Positions 10,311 to 19,114 are shown, counted from the stretch's first letter. The stretch: DNA of 41,575 nt from Eubacteriales bacterium (GCA_045593485.1 JAZNWS010000157.1:1-41575); one strand, 5' to 3'. Translations and numbers: made by a program. Notes: generated by a model not told the origin, from the letters alone.

Positions 10311-10787
10311 ATGGCAAAGCTGAAAATAGTAAAAAAAGGCGATGATACCTTAAGAAAAAGATGCAGAGAGGTGGAGGAGATAACCCCCAGAGTACTTACT
10401 CTGCTTGACGATATGGTAGAGACTATGAGAGCGGCAAACGGCGTAGGCCTTGCGGCTCCTCAGGTCGGAATACTTCGCAGAATTGTAGTAGTTGAGGTCG
10501 AGGAAGGCGAGGTTTACGAGCTTATCAACCCCAAAATAATCGCCTTTTCGGGCGAGCAGGAGGGGCTTGAGGGCTGTCTTTCGGTTCCCGGTGAATGGGG
10601 AATAGTAAAAAGACCTATGCACGTGACTGTAAGAGCTATGAACAGACACGGAGAGATCGTGGACTACACGGGTTCGGAGCTGCTTGCGAGATGCTTCTGC
10701 CACGAGCTTGACCACCTTGACGGCAAGCTGTATATTGACAGAGCCGAGAGAATGGTATCGCCCGACGAGTTGGATTTTGAAGACTGA
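10311..10787 (+). CDS. def: peptide deformylase
   Basis: GVGLAAPQVG, EGCLSVPG and HELDHLDG motifs. Confidence 0.95.
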   Translation: MAKLKIVKKGDDTLRKRCREVEEITPRVLTLLDDMVETMRAANGVGLAAPQVGILRRIVVVEVEEGEVYELINPKIIAFSGEQEGLEGCLSVPGEWGIVKRPMHVTVRAMNRHGEIVDYTGSELLARCFCHELDHLDGKLYIDRAERMVSPDELDFED

Positions 10788-10804
10788 TAAGCGGGAGAGA
10801 TAGA

Positions 10805-11734
10805 ATGAAAATTTTATTTATGGGAACGCCCGACTTTGCGCTTGAGTCACTCAAGGCTCTTTGCGAGGCGGGATATGACGTCGCGGCTGTAATAACCCAG
10901 CCCGACAAGCCGAAGGGCAGAGGGCATCACCTCACCCCTCCGCCCGTTAAGGTTTATGCGCGGGAAAAGAACATCCCCGTGCTTCAGCCCCTGACGCTTC
11001 GCGGAGATGAGTTTGCCGCAACTCTTGCGGACATTGCCCCCGAGCTTATAGTCGTTGTGGCTTACGGCAGAATACTTCCTAAAAATGTACTTGACTACCC
11101 CAAGTATGGCTGCGTGAACGTTCACGGCTCGCTTCTTCCCGAATACAGAGGGGCTGCACCTATGCAGAGAGCGATAATTGACGGAAAGACCGTCACGGGA
11201 ATTACCACCATGCTTATGGCAGAGGGGCTTGACACGGGCGATATGCTTCTCAAGGCAGAGGCGAAGATAGAGGAAAACGATAATTTTGAGGTCATACACG
11301 ACCGACTTGCAAGCCTTGGAGCTTCGCTTCTGATTGAGACTGTAAAGGGTCTTGAGAGCGGCAGTATTACCCCCGTCGTTCAGGGCGAGGGCGCGACGTA
11401 TGCCGCAAAAATTGAAAAGAGCGACTGCCTTATCGACTTTTCAAGACCCGTTTGCGAGATACACAACCTCATACGCGGTCTTTCTCCCATACCGCTTGCG
11501 TTTACGCACACGCCTGACGGGAAATTGCTCAAGATAACAGAGAGCCGAATTTTTTCAAAGGAGACTGTAAACACTCCTTGCGGAACGGTGATCTCCACCG
11601 ACGGAGAGATAAGAGTTGCTTGCGGCGACGGAATAATATCCATCCTCGGAGTTGTTCCCGAGGGTAAGGGGAAAATGAAAGCATCGGATTTTATCAACGG
11701 CAGAAAGATAGTCACAGGAGACATTCTCTCCTAA
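10805..11734 (+). CDS. fmt: methionyl-tRNA formyltransferase
   Basis: 309 aa. MKILFMGTPDFA and HGSLLPEYRGAAPMQRAI. It follows def. Confidence 0.95.
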   Translation: MKILFMGTPDFALESLKALCEAGYDVAAVITQPDKPKGRGHHLTPPPVKVYAREKNIPVLQPLTLRGDEFAATLADIAPELIVVVAYGRILPKNVLDYPKYGCVNVHGSLLPEYRGAAPMQRAIIDGKTVTGITTMLMAEGLDTGDMLLKAEAKIEENDNFEVIHDRLASLGASLLIETVKGLESGSITPVVQGEGATYAAKIEKSDCLIDFSRPVCEIHNLIRGLSPIPLAFTHTPDGKLLKITESRIFSKETVNTPCGTVISTDGEIRVACGDGIISILGVVPEGKGKMKASDFINGRKIVTGDILS

Positions 11735-11753
11735 AAATCCAACTTGAAAATTC

Positions 11754-11850
11754 TGATTACAATCTGTAGAACAATAAAAAAATTCGAGAAAGTTTTTTGG
11801 AAAGGCGCGGAAAACCCTTTTTACAAAAAAAGGTTTTCCGCACATTCTCC
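11754..11850 (+). repeat. copy A of a ~100-nt intergenic repeat with a long A/T-centred hairpin
   Basis: tgattacaa...ttcgagaaagttttttggaaaggcgcggaaaaccctttttacaaaaaaaggttttccgcacattctcc. It aligns by eye at roughly 75-80% identity with the reverse complement of 14221-14323. Confidence 0.65.
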
Positions 11851-11867
11851 AATAGAAAGGAAACACC

Positions 11868-13169
11868 ATGAATCCAAGAGGGCTTGCTTTTGACGTTTTG
11901 AAAAAGATATATTCAAGCGGACAATATTCAAATATTGCGGTTGACAGGGCGTTGAGCGCGAGTGACCTTGGCGAGAGTGACAGGGGACTTTTCACCGCCA
12001 TAGTTATGGGCGTTGTGGAAAGGCGTATCACTCTTGATTTTTTCATAGACAGACTTGCCGCAGAGCCGTCAAAAATCGACGCAGACACAAGAATTTTATT
12101 AAGAATAGGTCTTTATCAGCTTATGTTTCTTGACCGCATACCCGAGTATGCGGCGATAAACGAGACTGTGGATATGGCGCCGAGACGCACAAAGGGCTTT
12201 GTGAATGCGATACTTCGTTCTTATCTAAGAAAAAGAGAGAAGATACAGCTTCCCGACAAGAAAAATGACACGGTAGATTATTTGTCTGTTAAATACTCGT
12301 TTCCGACTGAGCTTTGTAAGAGATTTTTGAGTGTTTTCGGGTTTGAGAGGACCTGTAATATTTTTGAGTGCTACAATCAGACTCCGCCTGTGACTCTGCG
12401 AGTCAATACGCTGAAGATAAGCCGTGAGGACTACGCAAAGCTACTTGACGCTGCAAACATAAAATACGAGCTTACCAAAAATTCACCCTATGGAATAAAC
12501 ACATACGGCGCTTCCTATACGATGTTGCCCGGAGCAGATGAGGGATTGTTTTTTGTTCAGGACGAGGCTTCGCAGATATGCGTTGAGGCGGCGGGTGTTA
12601 AGGCGGGAGATTTTGTGATCGACTGCTGCTCTTGCCCTGGCTCAAAGTCCTTTGGCATGGCGATAAATATGAAAAATACCGGCAAGATGCTTTCCTGTGA
12701 TCTGCACAAGAGCAAGCTTTCGCTTGTAGGCGCGGGTGCGGAGAGACTTGGCATTGATATAATAAGCGTTCGCAAGGCGGACGCAAGAAAATTTGATCCC
12801 TCGCTTGAGCAGTCTGCGGACGTACTGCTTTGCGACGCGCCCTGCTCGGGATTTGGCGTTGTGGCAAAAAAGCCCGAGATAAGATACAAGGACTTGTCCG
12901 AGTCGGACAAGCTCCCGCAAATTCAGGCGGATATTTTGGAAAACGTTTCAAAATACGTAAAAATCGGCGGCGCGCTCATTTATTCCACCTGCACGGTTTT
13001 CCCCGAGGAAAACTGCGGAGCGATAAGCAAATTCCTTGAGGCGCACCCCGAATTCGTCGCTGAGGATTTTTGTGTGGGTGAGCTTGCTTCAAGTGGCGGT
13101 ACACTCTCACTTTATCCCGACACACACAAAACCGACGGATTTTTTATTGCAAAATTGAGAAGAATATAA
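11868..13169 (+). CDS. rsmB: 16S rRNA (cytosine967-C5)-methyltransferase
   Basis: 433 aa. NusB-like N-terminus, SAM site DCCSCPGSKS and catalytic Cys motifs LCDAPCSGFGV and YSTCT. Confidence 0.9.
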   Translation: MNPRGLAFDVLKKIYSSGQYSNIAVDRALSASDLGESDRGLFTAIVMGVVERRITLDFFIDRLAAEPSKIDADTRILLRIGLYQLMFLDRIPEYAAINETVDMAPRRTKGFVNAILRSYLRKREKIQLPDKKNDTVDYLSVKYSFPTELCKRFLSVFGFERTCNIFECYNQTPPVTLRVNTLKISREDYAKLLDAANIKYELTKNSPYGINTYGASYTMLPGADEGLFFVQDEASQICVEAAGVKAGDFVIDCCSCPGSKSFGMAINMKNTGKMLSCDLHKSKLSLVGAGAERLGIDIISVRKADARKFDPSLEQSADVLLCDAPCSGFGVVAKKPEIRYKDLSESDKLPQIQADILENVSKYVKIGGALIYSTCTVFPEENCGAISKFLEAHPEFVAEDFCVGELASSGGTLSLYPDTHKTDGFFIAKLRRI

Positions 13170-13178
13170 AGGGACGTT

Positions 13179-14219
13179 ATGCAAAACATATATTCATATT
13201 ACCCCGCAGAGCTTGAGGAGCTTATGCTCTCACTGGGCGAGCCTAAATACCGCGCGCAGCAGATCTTTTCTCAGCTTCACAAAGGGATATTGCTCTCGGA
13301 AATGACAAACGTGGGCAAAAAAACAAAAGAAAAGCTTTCGGAGATAGTGGACGCGTCGTTGCCTACCGTTAAAAGAAAGCTGGTTTCACAAATAGACGGC
13401 ACGGTAAAATATCTGTTTGAGCTTTCGGACAAAAACTGTATAGAGTCCGTGGTTATGAAATACGAGCACGGATATACCATTTGTGTTTCCTCGCAGGTGG
13501 GTTGCAGAATGGGATGTAAGTTCTGCGCGTCAACCTTGGGCGGCAGAGTACGAAATCTTGAGGCGGGAGAAATTCTCGGACAGGTGCTTGCCGCAAACAG
13601 AGACCTTAACATCAGAATTTCTAATATAGTAATGATGGGAATAGGCGAGCCGCTTGATAATTTTGACAACTCCGTGAGATTTTTAAAGCTCGTCAATCAC
13701 GAGCAAGGAGTCAACATCGGCTACAGACACATCTCGCTTTCAACCTGCGGAGTCGTGTCGGGAATATATAAGCTCGCGGAGCTTGATTTTCCCATCACGC
13801 TTTCAATCTCTCTGCATGCGCCCGACGACGAGACGCGCTCGGAGATAATGCCCGTAAACAACCGTTGGGGAGTGGCTGAATTGCTTTCAGCCTGCCGTGA
13901 CTATTACAAAAAGACGGGACGCAGAATTTCATTTGAATACACGCTTATTTCGGGCAAAAACGACTCCAAACCTCTTGCCGAAAAGCTCGCGCAGGTGCTC
14001 AACTCCTCGCTTCGCTCAAAGGACGAGTCTATGCCCATACACGTAAATCTTATCCCCGTAAACGAGGTGGACGAGACAGGCTTCAAGCCCGCCGACAAAA
14101 AAGGCATATCGCAGTTTGCCGCGACCCTTGAGTCTCGCGGTATACGCGCGACAGTCCGCCGCAAGCTCGGCTCGGACATCAACGCCTCCTGCGGTCAGCT
14201 CAGGAGAGAGGACGGTTGA
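13179..14219 (+). CDS. rlmN: 23S rRNA/tRNA (adenine-C2)-methyltransferase, radical SAM
   Basis: 346 aa. CxxxCxxC (GCRMGCKFCAS), MGIGEPLDN and C-terminal ASCGQL. Confidence 0.95.
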   Translation: MQNIYSYYPAELEELMLSLGEPKYRAQQIFSQLHKGILLSEMTNVGKKTKEKLSEIVDASLPTVKRKLVSQIDGTVKYLFELSDKNCIESVVMKYEHGYTICVSSQVGCRMGCKFCASTLGGRVRNLEAGEILGQVLAANRDLNIRISNIVMMGIGEPLDNFDNSVRFLKLVNHEQGVNIGYRHISLSTCGVVSGIYKLAELDFPITLSISLHAPDDETRSEIMPVNNRWGVAELLSACRDYYKKTGRRISFEYTLISGKNDSKPLAEKLAQVLNSSLRSKDESMPIHVNLIPVNEVDETGFKPADKKGISQFAATLESRGIRATVRRKLGSDINASCGQLRREDG

Positions 14220-14220
14220 T

Positions 14221-14323
14221 GGGAGAGGAATATGCGGGAAACCTTTTTTGTAAAAAAGGGTTCCCACACCCTTCCAAAAAACTTTATCGCGAAAAAAATA
14301 TTAGAGACCCCATTTTGTAATCA
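14221..14323 (-). repeat. copy B (inverted) of the ~100-nt intergenic repeat
   Basis: The reverse complement reads tgattacaa...ttcgcgataaagttttttggaagggtgtgggaacccttttttacaaaaaaggtttcccgcatattcctctccc. The hairpin is retained with one G-U pair and one mismatch. Confidence 0.65.
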
Positions 14324-14362
14324 AAGATATAGTATAGTACATATTCAAAACAGAGGTGTACT

Positions 14363-15115
14363 ATGCGAAAAAACAAGACGAAAAAAAGCAACAAAATCTC
14401 CAAAAAGCTGATAATCGCGGCAATTATATCCACCGTCGTATTTGCAGCAGTAAGCGCGGCGGTATTCTACACGCTTTTTTACCGCAAGTCCGACACCTAC
14501 GAGCTTATGTTTCCCGACCTTGTGGGATCGTATGAGCAGGACATAAAAGCCGATTCGAGATTCAGCATAGAAAAAAATTATATTTTTTCGGACATATACC
14601 CCAAGGGCGTTGTAATATCCCAAAGTCCAAACGGACTTTCGGCTCAAAAAATACCGAGCGGCACGAAACCTGTGCTGACAGTCAACATAAGTCTTGGCAG
14701 AGAAAGCTTTTCTATGCCCGACCTGACAGGGAGCTCGCTCGCCGAGGCGCAGAGAAGGATTCGTCAGATGCAATGCTCCGCGCGGATAGTGAGAATATAT
14801 GACGACTCGGATGAATTTTTTCAGGAAACCGTCACGGGAAGCTATCCCGAGGCAAATAGGACGGTATCTGTCGGTGATGAGGTTATAATTTATATAATAA
14901 CGCCTCGCAAATCGCCGAAAATTTTGCTCCCCAACCTTGTTGGACTTGATGTTGATGATGCGATAGACCGTCTCGCAGGTCTTGGCATAAATTACGAAAT
15001 AACAGAAGGCTTTGACTCAAACGCGGCGGAGTGGGAGGTTATAACGCAATCCCCTGCGCCAAATAATTATATAGATAAAACTACCACCGTGACAATAACG
15101 GTAAATTCAGATTAA
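14363..15115 (+). CDS. membrane-anchored PASTA-domain protein without kinase domain
   Basis: 250 aa. Basic N-tail, one TM segment (LIIAAIISTVVFAAVSAAVFYTLFY), then three PASTA-like repeats that begin FPDLVG, MPDLTG and LPNLVG. AGAGGTG RBS. Confidence 0.8.
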   Translation: MRKNKTKKSNKISKKLIIAAIISTVVFAAVSAAVFYTLFYRKSDTYELMFPDLVGSYEQDIKADSRFSIEKNYIFSDIYPKGVVISQSPNGLSAQKIPSGTKPVLTVNISLGRESFSMPDLTGSSLAEAQRRIRQMQCSARIVRIYDDSDEFFQETVTGSYPEANRTVSVGDEVIIYIITPRKSPKILLPNLVGLDVDDAIDRLAGLGINYEITEGFDSNAAEWEVITQSPAPNNYIDKTTTVTITVNSD

Positions 15116-15126
15116 GAGAGGTATCC

Positions 15127-16035
15127 ATGGCGGAAAGCTCAAAAGGAAGGATAATCCACGGCGTCGGCGGACTTTACACCGTCCGTCTGCCCGAGGCGGA
15201 CGTAAAATGCAGAGCCAGAGGCTCTTTCAGACACGCAAATATTACCCCGCTTGTGGGGGATTTTGTAAATATAGGAATTGACGACAACGGAAACGCCGTC
15301 ATAGACGAGATATGCGAGCGCAAAAACTCGCTTATCCGCCCTCCGCTTGCCAATATTGACTATGTTTTTGTCACTATGGCGGCGGCGTCGCCAAAGCCAA
15401 TGCTTGATATGACGGACAAGCTGTGCGCCATACTCGAGCACAACTATATCACCCCCGTGATAGTAGTAGGCAAATGCGAGCTTGACAGGGAATATGCTGA
15501 GCAGATAAAGAAAATATACTCAAAGGCGGGATATGACGTGTTTATACTGTCTTGCGCGACGGGAGAGGGAATAGACGAGATACAAAAATTCGTAAGCGAA
15601 AATCTCTCGGGCAAGCTTTCAGCGTTTGCAGGCGCGTCGGGCGTTGGAAAATCCACGTTGCTCAACAAGCTTTTCCCCGATCTTGAGCTTGGCACGGGCG
15701 AGATAAGCCGAAAGGTTGAGCGAGGCAAGCATACGACTCGCGCCGTGACTCTTTTTGAGGTCTGCGGCAAGGACGGATACCTTGCCGACACCCCGGGCTT
15801 TTCAATGCTGGATTTTGACCGCTTTGATTTTTTTGATATTGAAAATTTACCCAACGTTTTCCCCGAGATACACGAGTGTGTTGGGCTTTGCAAATATACA
15901 AAATGTACTCATACAAAAGAGGAAGGGTGCGCGGTGCTGAAAAAGGTGAGGCGCGGTGAAATGGCAAAATCCAGACATGAAAGCTACATAGAACTCTACA
16001 ATGTGTTGAAAAATAAACAAAAGTGGAATAAATAA
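15127..16035 (+). CDS. rsgA: ribosome small-subunit-dependent GTPase A
   Basis: 302 aa. GASGVGKSTLLN, DTPGF and C-terminal zinc knuckle CKYTKCTHTKEEGC. Confidence 0.9.
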   Translation: MAESSKGRIIHGVGGLYTVRLPEADVKCRARGSFRHANITPLVGDFVNIGIDDNGNAVIDEICERKNSLIRPPLANIDYVFVTMAAASPKPMLDMTDKLCAILEHNYITPVIVVGKCELDREYAEQIKKIYSKAGYDVFILSCATGEGIDEIQKFVSENLSGKLSAFAGASGVGKSTLLNKLFPDLELGTGEISRKVERGKHTTRAVTLFEVCGKDGYLADTPGFSMLDFDRFDFFDIENLPNVFPEIHECVGLCKYTKCTHTKEEGCAVLKKVRRGEMAKSRHESYIELYNVLKNKQKWNK

Positions 16036-16036
16036 T

Positions 16037-16663
16037 ATGAAAAGAGCATTTATATACACGGGCGGAGAGATATTTCCGCAGTACATAACAGAAAGACCCG
16101 AGGAGGATGACATAGTCATCGCGGCGGACTCGGGATATGAAAGCGCCAAGAAAATGGGAGTCAATGTCGATATTCTGATAGGCGATTTTGATTCACTCAA
16201 GGGCGAGCTTCCAAAGGACGTGCCTGAAATATTACAGGTGCCCGTAAAAAAGGACCTGACCGACACGCAGCTTGCGGTCGAAAAGGCTGTTGAGAAGGGA
16301 GCTTGCGAGATATTTATCATAGGTTCAACTTCGGGAAGGCTTGATCACACGCTTTCCACCCTCGCAATTCTTGAAAATCTCTGGGAAAGACACAAAAGAG
16401 GGTATATAATCAGCGGACAAAACAGAATTTCCTATATAAAAAACACCAATCACATAGTTTTGAGAAGTGATTATAAGTATTTTTCGCTTATCGCGACGGA
16501 TGTTGCCAAGGGAGTCAGCATTGAGGGCGCGGTGTATCCCCTCAAAAACAAGACGCTTGACAGAAAGCTTCAATATGCAGTATCCAATCAGATAGAGGGC
16601 AACGCAGCGCTTGTCACAGTCAAAAAAGGCGGACTTTACATTATAGAATCCAGGGATATTTAA
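16037..16663 (+). CDS. thiN: thiamine diphosphokinase
   Basis: 208 aa. IAADSG, LIGDFDS, KDLTDTQLA and GRLDHTL. Confidence 0.85.
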   Translation: MKRAFIYTGGEIFPQYITERPEEDDIVIAADSGYESAKKMGVNVDILIGDFDSLKGELPKDVPEILQVPVKKDLTDTQLAVEKAVEKGACEIFIIGSTSGRLDHTLSTLAILENLWERHKRGYIISGQNRISYIKNTNHIVLRSDYKYFSLIATDVAKGVSIEGAVYPLKNKTLDRKLQYAVSNQIEGNAALVTVKKGGLYIIESRDI

Positions 16664-16863
16664 GGGCAAAACCCATATATTTGCGCAGCATTTAACAAAA
16701 ACTCATCCTTTAGCATAATATATCAGTGAATAGAACTGCTATGGAGGTAGAGTATGAAGATAGTTCTTGTCCGCGCGCCGAGTATAGTTTCGCCCATATT
16801 GCGTAAAATTTTTAAAATAAAGAAAGAAAAACCCCCAAAATAAGCAATTTTATTGGAGAAAAA

Positions 16864-18849
16864 ATGAAGGATAACAGATTTCTTCCCGTAAATGCAGAGG
16901 AGATGAGGGAGCTTGGCTGGGATGCGCCTGACTTTGTTTACGTAAGCGGTGACGCATATGTTGACCACCCCACGTTTGGTGCGGCAATAATCACGAGAGT
17001 CCTTGAAGATAAAGGATTTCGTGTGGCTATGCTCTCTCAGCCTGACTATAAGTCCTGCGAGGACTTCAAGCGGTTTGGCAGACCTCGTCTTGGCTTTCTC
17101 GTCAGCGCGGGAAATATAGATTCCATGGTGGCGCACTACACAGCCGCCAAAAGAAAAAGAAATAACGACTATTACTCCCCCGGCGGCAAGGCGGGCAAGC
17201 GCCCTGACCGTGCGGTCATAGTCTATTCCAACAGAATACGCGAGGCGTATGGTGACGTGCCGATAATTCTTGGCGGTCTTGAGGCGTCGCTCCGCCGCTT
17301 TGCGCACTATGATTATTGGGACAATAAGGTGCGCCGCTCGGTGCTTGTTGACAGCCGCGCGGATATTCTTACGTACGGAATGGGAGAAAATATACTTATT
17401 CGAATAGCAGAGCTGCTTGATAAAGGTGTTCCCGTCAAGAAAATACGTGACGTGCGAGGCACGGTGTATCTTTGCTCGCCTGAGGACAAGGTGAATTTTC
17501 CCGTTGCGGCAACATTTGATTACAATATATTAAAGGAAGATAAGCGAGAATATGCTCGCGCCTTTGGCGTGCAGTATAAAAATCAGGATTCCATTAACGG
17601 ACAAGCCATTTGCGAGATATACGACAACAAAATGCTCGTACAAAATCCTCCTATGCCGCCGCTTGAGCGCGAGGAGCTTGATCACGTTTACAGTTTGCCA
17701 TACGCGAGGACGTATCATCCTATGTACGAAAAGGATGGCGGCGTTCCCGCTATTGAGGAGGTTCAATTCTCGATAACTCACAACAGAGGCTGCTTTGGCG
17801 CTTGTAATTTCTGCGCGCTGGCGTTCCATCAGGGAAGGACCGTGCGCTCGCGCAGTATAGAGTCCTGCGTGAGAGAAGCGGAAATTATAACAAAAATGCC
17901 TACGTTTAAGGGATATATACACGACGTCGGAGGACCGACGGCGAATTTCCGTTATCCGTCCTGCGACAAGCAGCTTAAGGACGGAGTCTGCCCGAGCAGA
18001 AAATGTCTTGCTCCCAGCCCCTGCAAAAATTTGAAGGTGGATCACACGGAATATATAAAGCTGATAGAGGAGATCGAAAAGATCCCCAAGGTGAAAAAGG
18101 TATTTATCCGTTCGGGAATTCGCTTTGATTACCTTATGTGTGACAAGAATGACGCATTCTTCAGAAAGCTTGTCCGCGATAACGTTTCGGGTCAGCTCAA
18201 GGTTGCCCCAGAGCATTGCTCAAGCCCTGTTCTTCGCTGTATGGGCAAGCCTGATTTCGAGGTCTATCAGGGCTTCCGCAAAAAATATTTTGATCTGTGT
18301 CACGAGGCGGGTAAGGAGCAGTATCTTGTACCTTATCTTATGTCGAGTCACCCTGGCTCAACCTTGCAGGATGCGGTAAATCTTGCGGTCTGCCTTAAGC
18401 GCGACAACTATGCGCCCGAGCAGGTCCAGGACTATTATCCTACACCGGGCACGGCGTCAACGGTTATGTATTATACGGGAATAAATCCGCTTGATATGAA
18501 GCCTGTTTACGTAGCCTCGGACTACCATGAAAAGCAGCTCCAGAGAGCGCTTTTACAGTTCAACCGTCCGCAAAACGCCGCGCTTGTACGCGAAGCGCTC
18601 AGATGCGCGGGCAGGGAGGATCTTATAGGCTTTGGAAAGGATTGCCTTGTCCGTCCCGAGGGCAGCGCGAAGGGATCCGATAACGCTCGTCGCGACAAGG
18701 GCGCCGGCAAAAAGGATGCTGCCGGGCAAAACGGAAGACGAGCGGACAGCACGCGCAAATCCTCCTCGGACAGCCTACGCGCAGGGCAGCATAGGAACAA
18801 AAAAGCCTTGCCAAAAGCTAAATCAAGTCAAGCAAAACGCAAAAGATAA
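16864..18849 (+). CDS. ygiQ: YgiQ-family (UPF0313) radical SAM protein with basic low-complexity C-terminal tail
   Basis: 661 aa. N-terminal GWDAPDFVYVSGDAYVDHPTFG and radical SAM CxxxCxxC (RGCFGACNFC). The last ~65 aa are K/R/S/G-rich. Confidence 0.9.
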   Translation: MKDNRFLPVNAEEMRELGWDAPDFVYVSGDAYVDHPTFGAAIITRVLEDKGFRVAMLSQPDYKSCEDFKRFGRPRLGFLVSAGNIDSMVAHYTAAKRKRNNDYYSPGGKAGKRPDRAVIVYSNRIREAYGDVPIILGGLEASLRRFAHYDYWDNKVRRSVLVDSRADILTYGMGENILIRIAELLDKGVPVKKIRDVRGTVYLCSPEDKVNFPVAATFDYNILKEDKREYARAFGVQYKNQDSINGQAICEIYDNKMLVQNPPMPPLEREELDHVYSLPYARTYHPMYEKDGGVPAIEEVQFSITHNRGCFGACNFCALAFHQGRTVRSRSIESCVREAEIITKMPTFKGYIHDVGGPTANFRYPSCDKQLKDGVCPSRKCLAPSPCKNLKVDHTEYIKLIEEIEKIPKVKKVFIRSGIRFDYLMCDKNDAFFRKLVRDNVSGQLKVAPEHCSSPVLRCMGKPDFEVYQGFRKKYFDLCHEAGKEQYLVPYLMSSHPGSTLQDAVNLAVCLKRDNYAPEQVQDYYPTPGTASTVMYYTGINPLDMKPVYVASDYHEKQLQRALLQFNRPQNAALVREALRCAGREDLIGFGKDCLVRPEGSAKGSDNARRDKGAGKKDAAGQNGRRADSTRKSSSDSLRAGQHRNKKALPKAKSSQAKRKR

Positions 18850-18859
18850 TTGAGCTTTG

Positions 18860-18889
18860 GCCCGCCGATTTGAGTCGGCGGGCTTTTTT
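18860..18889 (+). terminator. intrinsic terminator after ygiQ
   Basis: gcccgccga / tcggcgggc hairpin followed by TTTTTT. Confidence 0.7.
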
Positions 18890-18976
18890 GTCGAAAAATA
18901 ATGTATTTTTTGGAATATATTATAATTTATAGGAAAAATTTTCATTAAAAATAATGCAAAAATCTGTTTTAAGTGC

Positions 18977-19005
18977 TTGACAAGTCAAATGCTTTGTGCT
19001 ATACT
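18977..19005 (+). promoter_or_regulatory. sigma-A promoter with extended -10 (TTGACA-17-TGnTATACT) for the giant lipoprotein gene
   Basis: ttgaca at 18977-18982, a spacer ending in tgc, and tatact at 19000-19005. It sits ~110 nt upstream of the ATG at 19115. Confidence 0.55.
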
Positions 19006-19114
19006 TGTAAATAAGGTAGAATCTCTCAAAGTGGGCTAACTATCCCTATTTTAGAGATAACTTAAAAAAATAATGTTTTTTGGAAGAACCCAAAAACAAA
19101 ACATGGAGGTATTT

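Noticed and set aside
11807-11841. The long hairpins of the repeat copies (also 14234-14268) considered as intrinsic terminators for fmt and rlmN.
   Set aside because: Neither is followed by a U-tract on the transcribed strand. I therefore annotated them as part of a repeat element rather than as terminators.
16723-18216. Minus-strand ORFs of 194 aa (16723..17307) and 228 aa (17530..18216).
   Set aside because: Both are antisense to ygiQ, whose radical SAM and UPF0313 motifs are unambiguous.
19073-19114. The upstream in-frame ATGs (19073, 19103) that the ORF track uses as the start of the giant gene.
   Set aside because: No RBS precedes them. The ATG at 19115 has GGAGG at the optimal distance and gives a canonical n-region/h-region/lipobox signal peptide.
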